Shown here piece after piece: positions 11,732 through 23,163 of a stretch of 64,000 nucleotides of DNA. Position 1 is the stretch's first letter. Each line of letters opens with the position of its first letter. Origin of the DNA: Amoebophrya sp. A120 (taxonomy: Eukaryota; Protista; Dinoflagellata); the NCBI GenBank assembly GCA_905178155.1, contig CAJINV010000006.1, positions 2,088,230 to 2,152,229 on the forward strand, written 5' to 3'. The notes beneath the pieces were generated by a model that searched no databases, had not been told where the DNA came from, and saw only the letters and a list, made by a program, of their open reading frames with translations. The position numbers and the translations under genes were made by a program.

Positions 11732-14292
11732 ATGGAGCGCTTCCTCCGGAAGGTGAAAAACCTCCCCCGGGAATGGTTTTTGCCTTTCCTGAAGGACTAC
11801 GTTTTCTACGCAGTTTTCATCGTGCTTTTTTCCCAAATCTTCCAGGCACTGGATGGTATGGTGAATGGTGCAGCAGATGATGTTGAAGCAGATCCTCAGG
11901 CGGAACTTCTTTCACACGACGACAAAGATCTCGCTCTCGTCGATTCCCGGATTCTCCTCATCGCGATTACCACCTTCCTCTGGGCCTGGGTGTTGATTTT
12001 TTTCTACATGGCGCTGCAAAAGTCGGAATATTTGTTGGAAACCAGTTCTCTGGTGCATGGGCTCAGCACGGAGATGCGGAACACGTACACCCTGCCGATA
12101 TGCAGCGGAAAACTATTGTATCAACCGGAGTCTAGTTGGTCAGCATGAAGAATGAAATTCAAATTTGCAATACCTGTTAGCGTACAAAGATAGATCTGTC
12201 ATGCTGCACGACTGGGAATCATTACAACTACGACTACGATACTTTAACTTTTGCAATGCATAGCCGAAGTTCATTGGCGAAAAACTGTGCTTCGACGATG
12301 TCAAGTGGAACTGCCTGCGGAACCAGGTTGTGTACTATCCTGTGCAAAAGTATCGTACTCGTGGTAATTGCAGTATATGCATTGCAAAGTTCTTTCTCAA
12401 GTCAAATCCGCATTACAAATTTCATTCCCCATGCTGAGGAAGTTTGTCATGCGATTTCTACTAGTACGATAGTTTTGAAATTCATATGTACTTCGTGCTC
12501 GCGATGTTTGTTTTCCGCTTATTCGCAGTGGACTCCTTCGCTGCCGCGCCGGCGAACTATGACAGTGCACAACTCCACCGCCTCCTCGTCATTTGTCATG
12601 CAAAACCTCAAATCCAGTCGCTCCCTTATGGCACTGTTTGCATGACAAGTTGTGGTAGCCCAAATAGCACTACACTTGAGTGATGTAAATTTGTCATGCA
12701 AAACCGGCACTCTTGCTGATGCTTGTATTGCCGTTCATGCTATACAAACGAGGGAAAGCGGGAGCTGTGCACTCTCATACGAACGTAATCGAGGTCTTAA
12801 TCGGTGTCGTCGTGTACATGGTCGTATTTGACGTCTTGCTCTCCATTGGCCACCGGGTTTTGCACACGCATCTGTATTTCTGGCACCGGCAGCACCATTC
12901 CCAAAGGGGGAGCCTGCCCGCGGGCGGATGGTAGTACTAGATTTTGGCTTTTTTTGGCCCACCTGGAGCCCACTGTTTGAGAATTATACCCGGGATGTGG
13001 ACCGCTACAGATGTAGGTTGTGCAATAATAATTTACCGCGTCATCATCTTCGTCGGGTTGACGACGAATGTCACAAAAACACGGCATCATGAAGACAACT
13101 CACTTCTTGACTTCGCAGGTACATGCACATTTGCGACCTGTTTATTGAGCTGTGGATCCCGATTTTTCTCCCGCCTTTGCTCTTCAAGGCAAACTGGCTT
13201 ACCATCTGGACCTGGCTTTTTCTGGTCGAATGGGACGGGGTGCACACGCACTCGGCGCTGGACTTATATCATATGTAAAAACGTCCCCACCCCATAGTCG
13301 AGTTGGGAACTTAGCAGCACAAATCCAGAAGTTTTGGGAGCCACGCATGACAAGTTGCAGTCCGTAGTGTAGCTCATGTTAGCAAGGACAATCGCAAATC
13401 AAATCCGTCTGCTTATCCTGTTTACAGCATCACAAATTCCAAAATGCGATTAGTAATGCCTGGCATGGACATGCGCATTACAAATCTTCCTGTCATCGTA
13501 AATCTGCATGACAGCTCTCGGCTGGGGACGTTTTTACATAGGATAACTTACTCCCCGGCATCATCCCGGGCCCGAAGCGGCACTGGCTGCACCACATGCT
13601 ATGCAGTGCAAAAGCATCGTACTCGTGCTAGTAATTGCGTTTATGCATCACAAATCTTTTTCATAAAGGTAAATCCGCATTACAGATTTTCTTTCTCATG
13701 CTGAAGAAATTTGTATATGCATGTATAATAATGCGATGCCTGTCCTTTTGCACTTTATACATGCTCTATTTCTGCAATTTCGGACCGGGACTAGGCGACT
13801 ACTTTCTGGACACAGAGTCGCGGCCGATCCGGATTTATCCACAGGAAGTAATTTATTCCCGTACACGTCGTACAAAGTTCATCACAAATGTAGTAGCCAA
13901 CAACTCACAGCATGTTGATGCCACTTCTCATGCTCTACTAGGATCGAAGGCAAGCTTTGTCATGCAGAAGCCGCATAATTTGCACGTCGTGTATAGGAAA
14001 TTTCCTGTGGATAGGATTTGCGACGAAGTCATGGAGAAGCTTCCGAAGGATGGGGAAGAACGCAGTGCGGTTGGTGGGGGCAGTGATATGGATGTCGCGG
14101 CTCAGATCGTCGAGAAAAACAAGGAGTTTGTGAGAAGCAAGACAACACGGGATCTGCTCACCAGCGTGCAAGAGTTTAAGCGGACGCAGAGAGGTAAGTA
14201 CTTAAGTAACTGTACGTTAGATCTACTGCTCGAGATCACGACCTAGCTGTTTTTGTCGTGTACTCTTCGTTTTTGCAGCTAGGTGGTCTTGA
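11732..14292 (+). CDS. Fatty acid hydroxylase / sterol desaturase superfamily membrane enzyme
   Basis: Spliced protein has His boxes HRVLH, HRQHH, HTHS and HWLHH, then NFG..D..., plus several hydrophobic segments. 6 introners and GT-AG introns 12931-13118 and 14194-14278. Ends at 14246 if the last intron is not used. Confidence 0.85.
12099..12262. mobile_element. Introner family B (degenerate)
   Basis: DR gccga/gccga; tat...ata ends. Confidence 0.85.
12336..12486. mobile_element. Introner family B
   Basis: TIR; DR tgtac/tgtac. Confidence 0.9.
12558..12779. mobile_element. Introner family I
   Basis: TIR tatga.agtgcaca.ctcc; DR cgaac/cgaac. Confidence 0.88.
13267..13545. mobile_element. Introner family E
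   Basis: TIR tatc.tatgtaaaaacgtcccca; DR actta/actta. Confidence 0.9.
13600..13759. mobile_element. Introner family B
   Basis: TIR; DR catgc/catgc. Confidence 0.88.
13836..14013. mobile_element. Introner family G
   Basis: TIR tatccacaggaa; DR ggatt/ggatt. Confidence 0.88.
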
Positions 14293-14427
14293 CAGAAACC
14301 TAGAATTCTTTCCTCCAACGTCTACGTCTGCGTCGGCGCGCATGTTGACCACGTTGACCACGACAGAAGCGATTGGAAATTCACTTTAAAAAAAACAGCT
14401 CTGTCGAACCAAAATTTCCGGCAAACC

Positions 14428-15031
14428 ATGGTGGGGAAGCTCCTGGACTCATTCCAAATTCCCCTGTATCGCCAAGAAAAAAGCGTTTGTCGCTGCGATT
14501 TTAGGTTTGGGGAGCATGTTGTAGTACTCGATCGCAAATTTATCTTTATGATCTTGCAAAGCCTTGAGCGTCTGCAAGAACTGCATGCTAATCAATACAA
14601 CTTGCGGAAACAGTGAATAAGTCGCTGTTGCAGCGCTTTCTCCGGACCGCATGACAAATTCACTTGCAACCGCTACCACTTTTTGTTGTGATACACTGGA
14701 GTTTGAGTCCAGTGACGAGGACCGGTTGCTCTTTTACCACGGTTATCCGGTGCAAAAGAAGTACTGTCGCAACAATTGTTACTAGAACTTGCGTCACACT
14801 AAGACAAATTTTCTTTCCTACCTGTTCCTGCATTACATCTCTGTTCTTACTGAAATCGAAATGTGAAATTATTTGTGATGCAATTACAAGCAGATGTACT
14901 GCTAGTTCTAGCACGATACAACTTTTGCAATGCATAACGGCATGGAGGTCCCCGAAGGGCAGCCCGCGTATTATGCGGATTTGGCCGGATTGGAGGGAGA
15001 GAGGCGAGGGCTGACGTATATACGGATGTAG
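14428..15031 (+). CDS. Small hypothetical protein (or extension of the upstream gene), 2 introners
   Basis: Removing 14467-14693 and 14744-14936 gives MVGKLLDSFQIPLEFESSDEDRLLFYHGMEVPEGQPAYYADLAGLEGERRGLTYIRM*. Confidence 0.5.
14467..14693. mobile_element. Introner family C-like
   Basis: Weak TIR; DR ccctg/cactg. Confidence 0.72.
14744..14936. mobile_element. Introner family B (degenerate)
   Basis: DR acggt/acggc. Confidence 0.8.
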
Positions 15032-16019
15032 GATTTTTACTGTTTCAACACTGGCATGTAGTTTATTCAACAATCGAATGTACAAGTTCTTCTCAACCTA
15101 CAAATGCAAAAATCCTGTAGACCAAAGATGAACACAAGTTTCGGAAGCAGTTATTATAGCTAGTTCTGAGCTGTGTGACGATCAGCACATGTTGATCTTC
15201 CTGTTTCAGTGGATAATTTGTGTTGGGTTATCATGATACAGCAGCACCAAAGACTATAGACATGTACAGATTTTGACGGAATAGATGGACGAGAAAATCC
15301 TGAAAATGTACTTCTACAATTTAGCAGTTCTACTTCCGCTCCTTGCGTGGGGCGCACGTGGCTGGGCACTTCCACTTGCCCCTTTGTCGGCCGCAGGACC
15401 GAAATTATGTTTCGGTCACGGAAGAAGTAGCTGGATAAAGTAATGTGACTTCCTAGTACTTCGGAAAATAAAATAAATGGTTCATCATTTACTACGAGGT
15501 GGAGCTGGTGGGTGCGTTTTTAGCCTTGTCTTGGCTAGAGGACACGACCTCAACGAGATGTTGTGCGAAAAAAATAATCATCCCACTGAGGAGGTTAACT
15601 GCTCCAGAGCGGAGCGAAGCGCGCAAAGAAATATACATGAACTGCTAGTAGGCTCTACTTCCTTATAGTTTCCGAGGAGACAGATGAGTGGCAGCCACGA
15701 TTGACTATTGCAGACGATATTGTTCCTCCTGCGCTATTATTTCTTGGGGAATCAAGCTATAAGATAGCCGTGACCTCCGCGGCATGACTATCATTATCAA
15801 TGAAAATTTCCCAGTAGGCCCAGGCTACTGAGGCACCGTCGAGTGAGAGTAGCAAAAGGACGAGCAATGCGGGAATCAACGAACAAGATGTAGCCTCCCG
15901 ACCGTTCTTCGCGGGACGAAAGTCTTCGCGCGAGCCGGAACGCCACCTCCGCGAGAAGCAAGAGGATTTCTTTGTGTTGGGTGGGACGAGCTGCAACGGC
16001 CAGCGCACGTCAACAAATT

Positions 16020-19000
16020 ATGCGACGGAGCCGCAAGAAGAAGATGAGCTGGCCATGCTCCCGTCGAGGTCCTCTTCCCACGACGTCCCCCTCGCTGTTG
16101 CAGCAACTCGTCTTCCGTGGTGGTGGTCCAGGGGCTGCTCTCGTCTTCTTCTTTTCCTCAGCACCTTTGGCAGGCCGCGCGACCAGGAGCTGGTGGACCA
16201 AAGCACAATCACAAAATGAAGTGGACAGCACCAGTATCAAATGCAAATGTGTCTGTGTCATGCAAAAGCAGCATGGTGCTGCTTTTGCATGGGCATGGAA
16301 GCTCTAGCATCACAGGTTTCGAGAAGCTTCCGCAATGCCGAATCCGTGTGACAAATGCCCCACTTTGGTGACAGAAAGTGGGCAGCTTTTGCCGCCTCTG
16401 CATGACAGATTTTTATGTCGTGTTGTGAAATGCGCATGACAACAAGTTTGCTTTCTTGCAGACCCAGACAAATTTGCAATCCATAAGCAGCGCCAGCAGT
16501 AGAGATCAACTCGCAGCGGGTCGCGCAGTGGCTTGTCAGCAACAGGACCCGAAAATGAATCCATTCGCGGTCACCAATTTGGAAATTTTCGAATCCAGAG
16601 TGGGGGATAGCGTCGATGATTATGGGGTGGCACCAGACGGTAACTGGAACTCCAACTCCTTGTTCCCGGCTAGCAGTAGTAGTAGTAGTAGTGCACCGAA
16701 TTTGCTGGAAAACAAGCAGCGGAAACAACTACAACAGGAGAAGGAGCAAAACCTCCAGAAAACGAGAGTACTAAAAGTAGCCTCTTCATCGCAAGAAAAG
16801 CAGCAGAAGTCTCAAGGCACCGAAAACCAAAAATCCTCCTCGTCGTCCGCCGACAATAACTACCTGAAACGCGGTGACGTTCTCCACCTCTTCTCTCCCT
16901 GGGAATCGGAAAGAGCAGGAAGAGAAAACGGAGTCAACCTGGTGCAGCAAAAAACGAGCCACTTGCTGATGCAATCAAAACAGGACTTGGACGCGGAAAA
17001 ATGGCTCGCGAAAAACGGTATTAATAAGAAGCAACGACAGCTGCAGCAGGGAAGCTCCGTGAGGAATGGGTTGAAGTGCTTAGACGTGCGGAACGGAATG
17101 AATTCGGCGCAGCCGTTGGACTATGGGGATGGCTCCTCTATGTCATCGTCCGCAGGAGGAGCTTCACCATCTTCAGGCGGAGCAATATTCGCGCAGCAAG
17201 AAACGCGGTTCGCCGCGCCAGGTGGGAATCTAGGGGAATTCATTCTGGCGCTAGACACGTATTTTGACAGTACGAATTTCTACGAACAGGACGTGTCTAT
17301 CTCGATGGAGGAGGAGAAAAGAAGAAAGAAAATTTATGCAAGAAGAAAACCGTGTATAGATGACAGTGTAACTTGGCGCTGTCCTCTTCACGTACTGGCT
17401 GCGCGTGAGAGGAGGGCTCCTTTGTCATGCCGAGCAATTAATTTACTGAAATGCTGTCACTGCAAGCCACCTATGCTAACACTGTTTCTTTCTTGGATAA
17501 AATTCTTGCGGATACCAATGCCTACCACTGGGAGAAAACTTCGACAGGTATAAACTTGAATTGATTTTTCTTGGTCTACGTCTACCCTCTTTACGCATGA
17601 AGATCAGAAAACCAAAAAATAATTAAGGGAAATCTGTACAAGTAGCTAATCAATGCAGAAGATCCCCCAGAGAACAAAATACCAACATCTCTCTTCAGGC
17701 TGGTGGTTTGTCCCTGACGCAAAAGCACAGAAGCAGCTTAGCGATTTGCAGCAATTGAGATCGTACGCATTGCAAAAGAGGAAAAGTATCGCACCTCAGC
17801 ATGAAAAAACACCGCATGACAATTTTGAAAAAAAGTAAGGAACTTGTCGTGCAAAAAAAAATACATGAGACGGCAGATCTGTCACGCATGACAACTTCTG
17901 CCATTACTTTTATATGGGTGCAATATTGAAGATGCTTTTGCTTCTGCAGTGGATAGGCCATTAGGCGGGAAGAAGAAAATCCAGCAAAGCATGAAATTGT
18001 ACAACGACTACGAGAAACAGAAAGCCGCCGCTTTGGAAACTGCTTCCGAGGAGGCAGGTACAACTAGTAGTACCGCATATGGAAGCGCCGTCAGGATTGA
18101 AATCGTGAAAGTTGAAATAGTTTGTGATGCATAAAATGCAACCCACAGAGTGCCTGTCTTGCAGAGTAGGCAAGGGAGGCAGATTGTAAGCCTGTTGAGG
18201 GGTAGGAATACAGCTGCTAAAGTAGCATGACAAAAGGCGTCGTCCTTACCCAAACAACATTACAAACTGGATTTCCGTTCTACCCAAATTTGTCATGCGC
18301 CATTTGAAAACTAGGCGCCAACTGGTATCCGTTTTATGCATCACAAACCATTTCAACTTTGTCGATTTCAGTCCTGACACTTCCATACCGCAGTAGCTCC
18401 TATTACAACAACTAGTAGCAAAGGAGAAACCTCTTCTCCATCCTCACAGCTCCAAACCAGCACTGGCAGCGACATATGGCGTTGTCAAACGTTACATTCT
18501 CAACTGTTACGCGATTTGTCATGCAAAACGAACACCAAACTCCACACGGTGAAGCTACTTCGCATGACAAATTTCGGAAAATCTAAACAGCATGGGTATC
18601 TGTGCCACATTTGTAATGCAAGAGCTGCAAGCTCCGTCCTTTCGTTCCCTTTTGCCATTCTTGCATCACAAATCCATGTAACAGCTGAGACTAATGTAAC
18701 AGTTGAGAATGTAACAGTTGAGAACGCCATACGACAGCACCGCCTCAGGGACGAAAACCAGAGGACAACAGCAAGACGGCGAAGCCACTGTCAATGCACT
18801 TCAAGGAGCAAAGCAACAGGAAGTAGATGAAGACATCGTTCTTCTCGACCCCAGCCTATGCATTCCAAATATGTCTGGGTCTGGAAGTAAGTGCCAGATC
18901 TGTCATGCATATCTTCCATGACCCATGATGTCTGTGATGCTTGCCGTAGCATCACAGCTTCTGCGCGGGCTTTCTGATGCTCATACCGCACGAGAAGCAC

Positions 19001-22000
19001 CCTCTCGTCCGCGCAGCAAAAACTGGAGCTCTTTTGCTGTTCATGCAAAACAGATCTTATTTAGGATCCAAAGATGGCATAACAAGTTGCATCCTTCCAG
19101 ACCCAGACACGTTTGCAGTTGATATAGCCTGTACAAGGACAAAATTTTCGAGCGCAACACGGAGAAACGACAATTGTTGAGTAAGAAGGTCTACTACTAC
19201 TTCCGCAAGTGGGTACAGGAGGGCGAGAAGGCGGAGAGTGGGGATCTGGGGAAAAAATTCCACTACTGCACGGACGACCGGGCGATTGCGCATATCAAAT
19301 GCAAATTAATATGTCTGGGGCTGGAGGAGTGGAATTTGTGATGCTAACTTTGGAGTCTAAAAAATCAAAAATTTGTGTAGCATGAAGAGCAAGAGGACTC
19401 CAGTTGTTGCTATGCAGAGAGGGAATTTCTCATGCGGGAGAGGCATCAAGAAACCCGTGAAATAAAACCTGTGATGCAGCTTTGGCATGCACCACAAACG
19501 TGATGGGTCATGCAAAATGTGCATGACAAACGTTCCAGTCTTCCAGACCCAGACATATGTGCAGTTGATAGTGCATCTGGAGAACCAATTACAGAAGGAG
19601 AACTTGAACATTTTCGACGTGCGAGGCGATATGCAAAGAAAAAAATTAAAGTTTTACAAAAATTACACACAGTGATGCAAAACGTGCAAGACAGATGACC
19701 TGTGCCATGCCCAAAATGCTTGCGGGTCTCGTTTCGTGTGTGTTTTGCACTATGATCTCTGCATTACAAGTTTTCTTCGTCATGCGAGGCAACGTTGTAA
19801 TGCTGAATTCACTACAAATCCAATGTGTTGTGTAACTGTAACACTTTTTTTTCTTGGATAGGCGAGGACCCGAAATTAGTGGAGAAAATGCTCTTTCTGC
19901 TGATAAAGACTGCAGAAGCCCCCCTCACCGTCATTTGTATTGCATGAGCAGCAGTACAAGTGTCAGCGAGAATGCAGGTTTTGCATGACAAATCTGAACA
20001 GGAGTGTAGTGCTATTTCGGCTCCTGCCAGAACTTGTCATGCAAAAAATTGCAAGAGGCACAGGGTGGATTTGGTGCTTCGCATTACAAATGAGCGGGAC
20101 GAGGGGGAGTTGTGCCCTCTCATAGCTGACCACCCACCCACAGAACCAGGGTGACGCGTACTTGCGGCTGCTGTTGAAAATGCCGGAAAAGTTCGGATAT
20201 CAAATGCAAAAATGTCTGGGTCTGGAAGAGGCGGGACTTGTCATGCACATTTTGCATGACCCGTGAGGTCTGTGACGCAGGTCCTAGCATCACAGATCTT
20301 TTGAGGCCTTCTCGATGCTTATCACGCATGAGAAATGCCCTCTCCGCGTGCCAAGAACTGTCTCCTCTTGCTCCTCATGCAACACAGATATTTTTAGAAT
20401 CCGCAGACAGAATTACAACTTGCATTCATCTTCCAGACCCAGACACTTTTACATTTGATATCGGAACCTCGCGGTATTTGGTGCAGGAGGTGCTGAAAAA
20501 TTTCTACTTGCTTTTGTGGGAAAAAAACCGGAGACTGGAGCGGCAGAACAGCATCGCAAAGCAGCCCATGCGGATCAATGACGTGAGTCTGGTGGAACTC
20601 GACGTGATTCGGGACGACGAAGATCTTGACAGTGACGCCGATTTTTTTTACAACAGCAACTCCGGAGGTGCAACCTCCTCAACATCCACCCTCCGTGCCT
20701 TCATCGATCTCGAGACTTCCCAAGGAACGAAAAGCATCGAAGCAAGTTTGATGGAGAGCCGGCGAGAAGAAGATTTTTCAGTAGCTTCTGCAACTGGCAA
20801 CTGCCCGGAAGATCTCTCCGCGGAAGCGGATATTTTAGCTACGCCGATTTTTGTCGGGTTGAGTGATCCAGACGTCGATTATGGTTTGGCGGTATCAAGT
20901 GTAAAAATGTCTGGGTCTGGAAGAATGCAACTTGTGATGCTGCATTTGGAGTCCAGAAAAATCTGTATTGCATGAGTACCAAAAGGAATGTAATTTTTGC
21001 TACGCGGATAGGGCATTTGTCATGCGGAATAGGCACCAGGAAGCTCTCAAAAAATCTGTGATGCTAGGGCATGCATCACAGACATCAGGGCTCATGCAAA
21101 ACGTGCATGACAAGTGTCCGAATCTTCCAGACCCAGACATTTTTACAGTTGATAAGCGGATGGAAGTTCGGGAGGAGGTGCGGATGGAAAATTTTCCTCC
21201 TCCAGTACCTCTCCAGCGATGCTGACCCTAGCAGAGACGAAACGCAGGCGGGAAGATCTTGGTGACTCAGAGTCTGGACGAACATCAAGCGACACAAGTG
21301 CGGGGAGTAATATTAGGGAAACCGCTGATTTGGAAACCGGCACTGGCATTCTTGCAACAACTACAGCATCTAGTTCCCACGGTTTGCGCGAGTTTGGGAG
21401 GAAGGCCGAGAGGAGGAGGAACAAGCAATTTCAACACGAAACAGGCCGTCCAGGAGGCTCGACGGAACTAGTACCGGGTGCTGGAGCGAACATTTCGTCT
21501 TCTCGCCGGGGAATGAAGCACGCGAGCAGAAATCACAGTGTGACGCAAGAACGGCAGCTTCTGACATCACGGAATTCATCCCGACAGCCTCTTCTCGGAC
21601 GGCGCGGTATCAAATGTAAAAATGTCTGGGTCTGGAAGGATTCATGTTTGTCATGCTCGTCTGGCATAACTCTTAAATCTGTCATGCACATTACCCAAGA
21701 GCTCCGCTTTTCTGTGATGCAGAAGCGCAGTTTGTCATGCAGAATAGGCAACACCTAGGACCTCAGAAACTTTTCATGCTGAGCCAACATTTGTAGCCTC
21801 ATCATGAGACGCCGCCCAGCATCACAAGTTTCCAGACTTCCACCCAGACACTTTTACATTTCATACGCGGCGTGACTGCACAATTTCAATCCCAACAGCA
21901 ACAGCAGCCTGCGACGAACTTTATCTACGGCTACAATCCGTATAATCCACCGGGGCAGCTGGTGGGAATGACAGCAGTCTTACCTCCTGGCGCGCCTGCG

Positions 22001-23163
22001 TATAATTACGGCTACACCTACAGCCCAATGCAGCAGTTCCAGCCTATGGCGGGCGTTTTTATGCCACCGCAAATTGCACCAGGAGGAGCTCCGGTGATGA
22101 TGCAGCAACCGTCGCAGATGATGATGCCAGCGGGAGGTGGCGGTGGAGCTCCTGCGCCAGGAGCCGTGCTGCCACAAGAAGGTGCTAGTATGTACAATGG
22201 TTTCATGGGAGGTGGATCACCCGTGTCCACGTCTCAACCGATGATGTACAACTTCAGCCCACAACAGCCACCGATGCAGGTGTACAACTACGGAGCAGCA
22301 AGCTACGGCCCACCCGTGCAGCAGCAAGAACTGTTGCAGCAGCAAGAGGCGAGAACGAACACAGGAGCATCTTCTGGCGCCGGTGAAATAACTACGGAAG
22401 ATGAAGTTGTGTCGCCTGATCATCAGACGCAAAACGGAGAACTGGAACAACGTGGGGGGCAGCTTGTTCCGGACGATGCTGTTGTTGACCAGGACCAAGA
22501 TCAACAAGAACGGGATGAGCAGGTGTCGTCGACCAGTAGTACATCAGATGACCAAGCAACTGCATCACCACCTGCAGGCACCACTCGATCTACAAACGAG
22601 CTGCTCCAAACGTCGTCCGCAGGGGGTGGCTCTTACTTTCTCCCGCCACAACAACCGGCATTGTACTTTACGTCGTTCCTGCAGGAAAAAGAACAGTTCT
22701 CGGCGAGCGCTGGAACCAGCAGATCATTCACCAAAACCACTAGCAACAAGAGAAAATCCAACCAGCTCAACGTGATGATCTACTACCGGGATGCGGTGCG
22801 GCATGAGTAGGAATTGCAAAAGTGATGTCGTGCTAGTTCTACTAGTAATTGCAATCCAAATTTTCTCAGCGCGCGCATGCCAAATGGAGTTTCTTGTAAT
22901 GCTGCTTTAGCCTAGAAAGGCGATTTGTCATGCATATCTGCAATTAGCACGACCACGAGTTGCGCGATCAGACTTTTGCAATGCATAACAAGCGGCGGAA
23001 GCTGATTCAGTTTTTCGACCAGGAAACCAGTGATTTTCCGCTGGACAAGGTGGAATTTTTCAAGACGTTGGAGGAGAAGGGGGACCGGAATTTGCGGCTG
23101 TTGCTCCAGCATTCGGTGGCGGTGGACAAAGACACGCCGTATTTCAACCTGGTGTATTCCTAG
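16020..23163 (+). CDS. Large hypothetical protein with Q/P/Y/M-rich low-complexity region, 13 introners
   Basis: Frame continuity across elements links ORFs 15972, 16456, 17653, 17949, 20238, 21219, 21872 and 22960 to TAG 23163. Junction phase at 17335-17658 is unresolved. Confidence 0.65.
16235..16485. mobile_element. Introner family A (degenerate)
   Basis: DR accag/agcag. Confidence 0.8.
17335..17499. mobile_element. Introner family C-like
   Basis: TIR tat.caagaa(a)gaaa; DR aaatt/aaatt. Confidence 0.7.
17764..17955. mobile_element. Introner family B (degenerate)
   Basis: Weak TIR; DR eroded (gatcg/ggcca); frame restored. Confidence 0.7.
18078..18387. mobile_element. Introner family D
   Basis: TIR; DR ccgca/ccgca. 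Confidence 0.92.
18475..18731. mobile_element. Introner family J
   Basis: TIR tatggcgtt.tcaa..gttacattctcaactgttac; DR cgaca/cgaca. Confidence 0.9.
18857..19124. mobile_element. Introner family A
   Basis: TIR; DR cagcc/tagcc. Confidence 0.88.
19293..19570. mobile_element. Introner family A
   Basis: TIR; DR gcgca/gtgca. Confidence 0.88.
19630..19860. mobile_element. Introner family C
   Basis: TIR; DR ggcga/ggcga. Confidence 0.88.
19904..20124. mobile_element. Introner family I (degenerate)
   Basis: DR gctga/gctga; frame restored. Confidence 0.78.
20198..20460. mobile_element. Introner family A
   Basis: TIR; DR tcgga/tcgga. Confidence 0.92.
20893..21154. mobile_element. Introner family A
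   Basis: TIR; DR ggcgg/agcgg. Confidence 0.9.
21608..21865. mobile_element. Introner family A
   Basis: TIR; DR cgcgg/cgcgg; very similar to 3698-3949. Confidence 0.92.
22808..22987. mobile_element. Introner family B (degenerate)
   Basis: DR atgag/acaag; frame restored. Confidence 0.75.
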
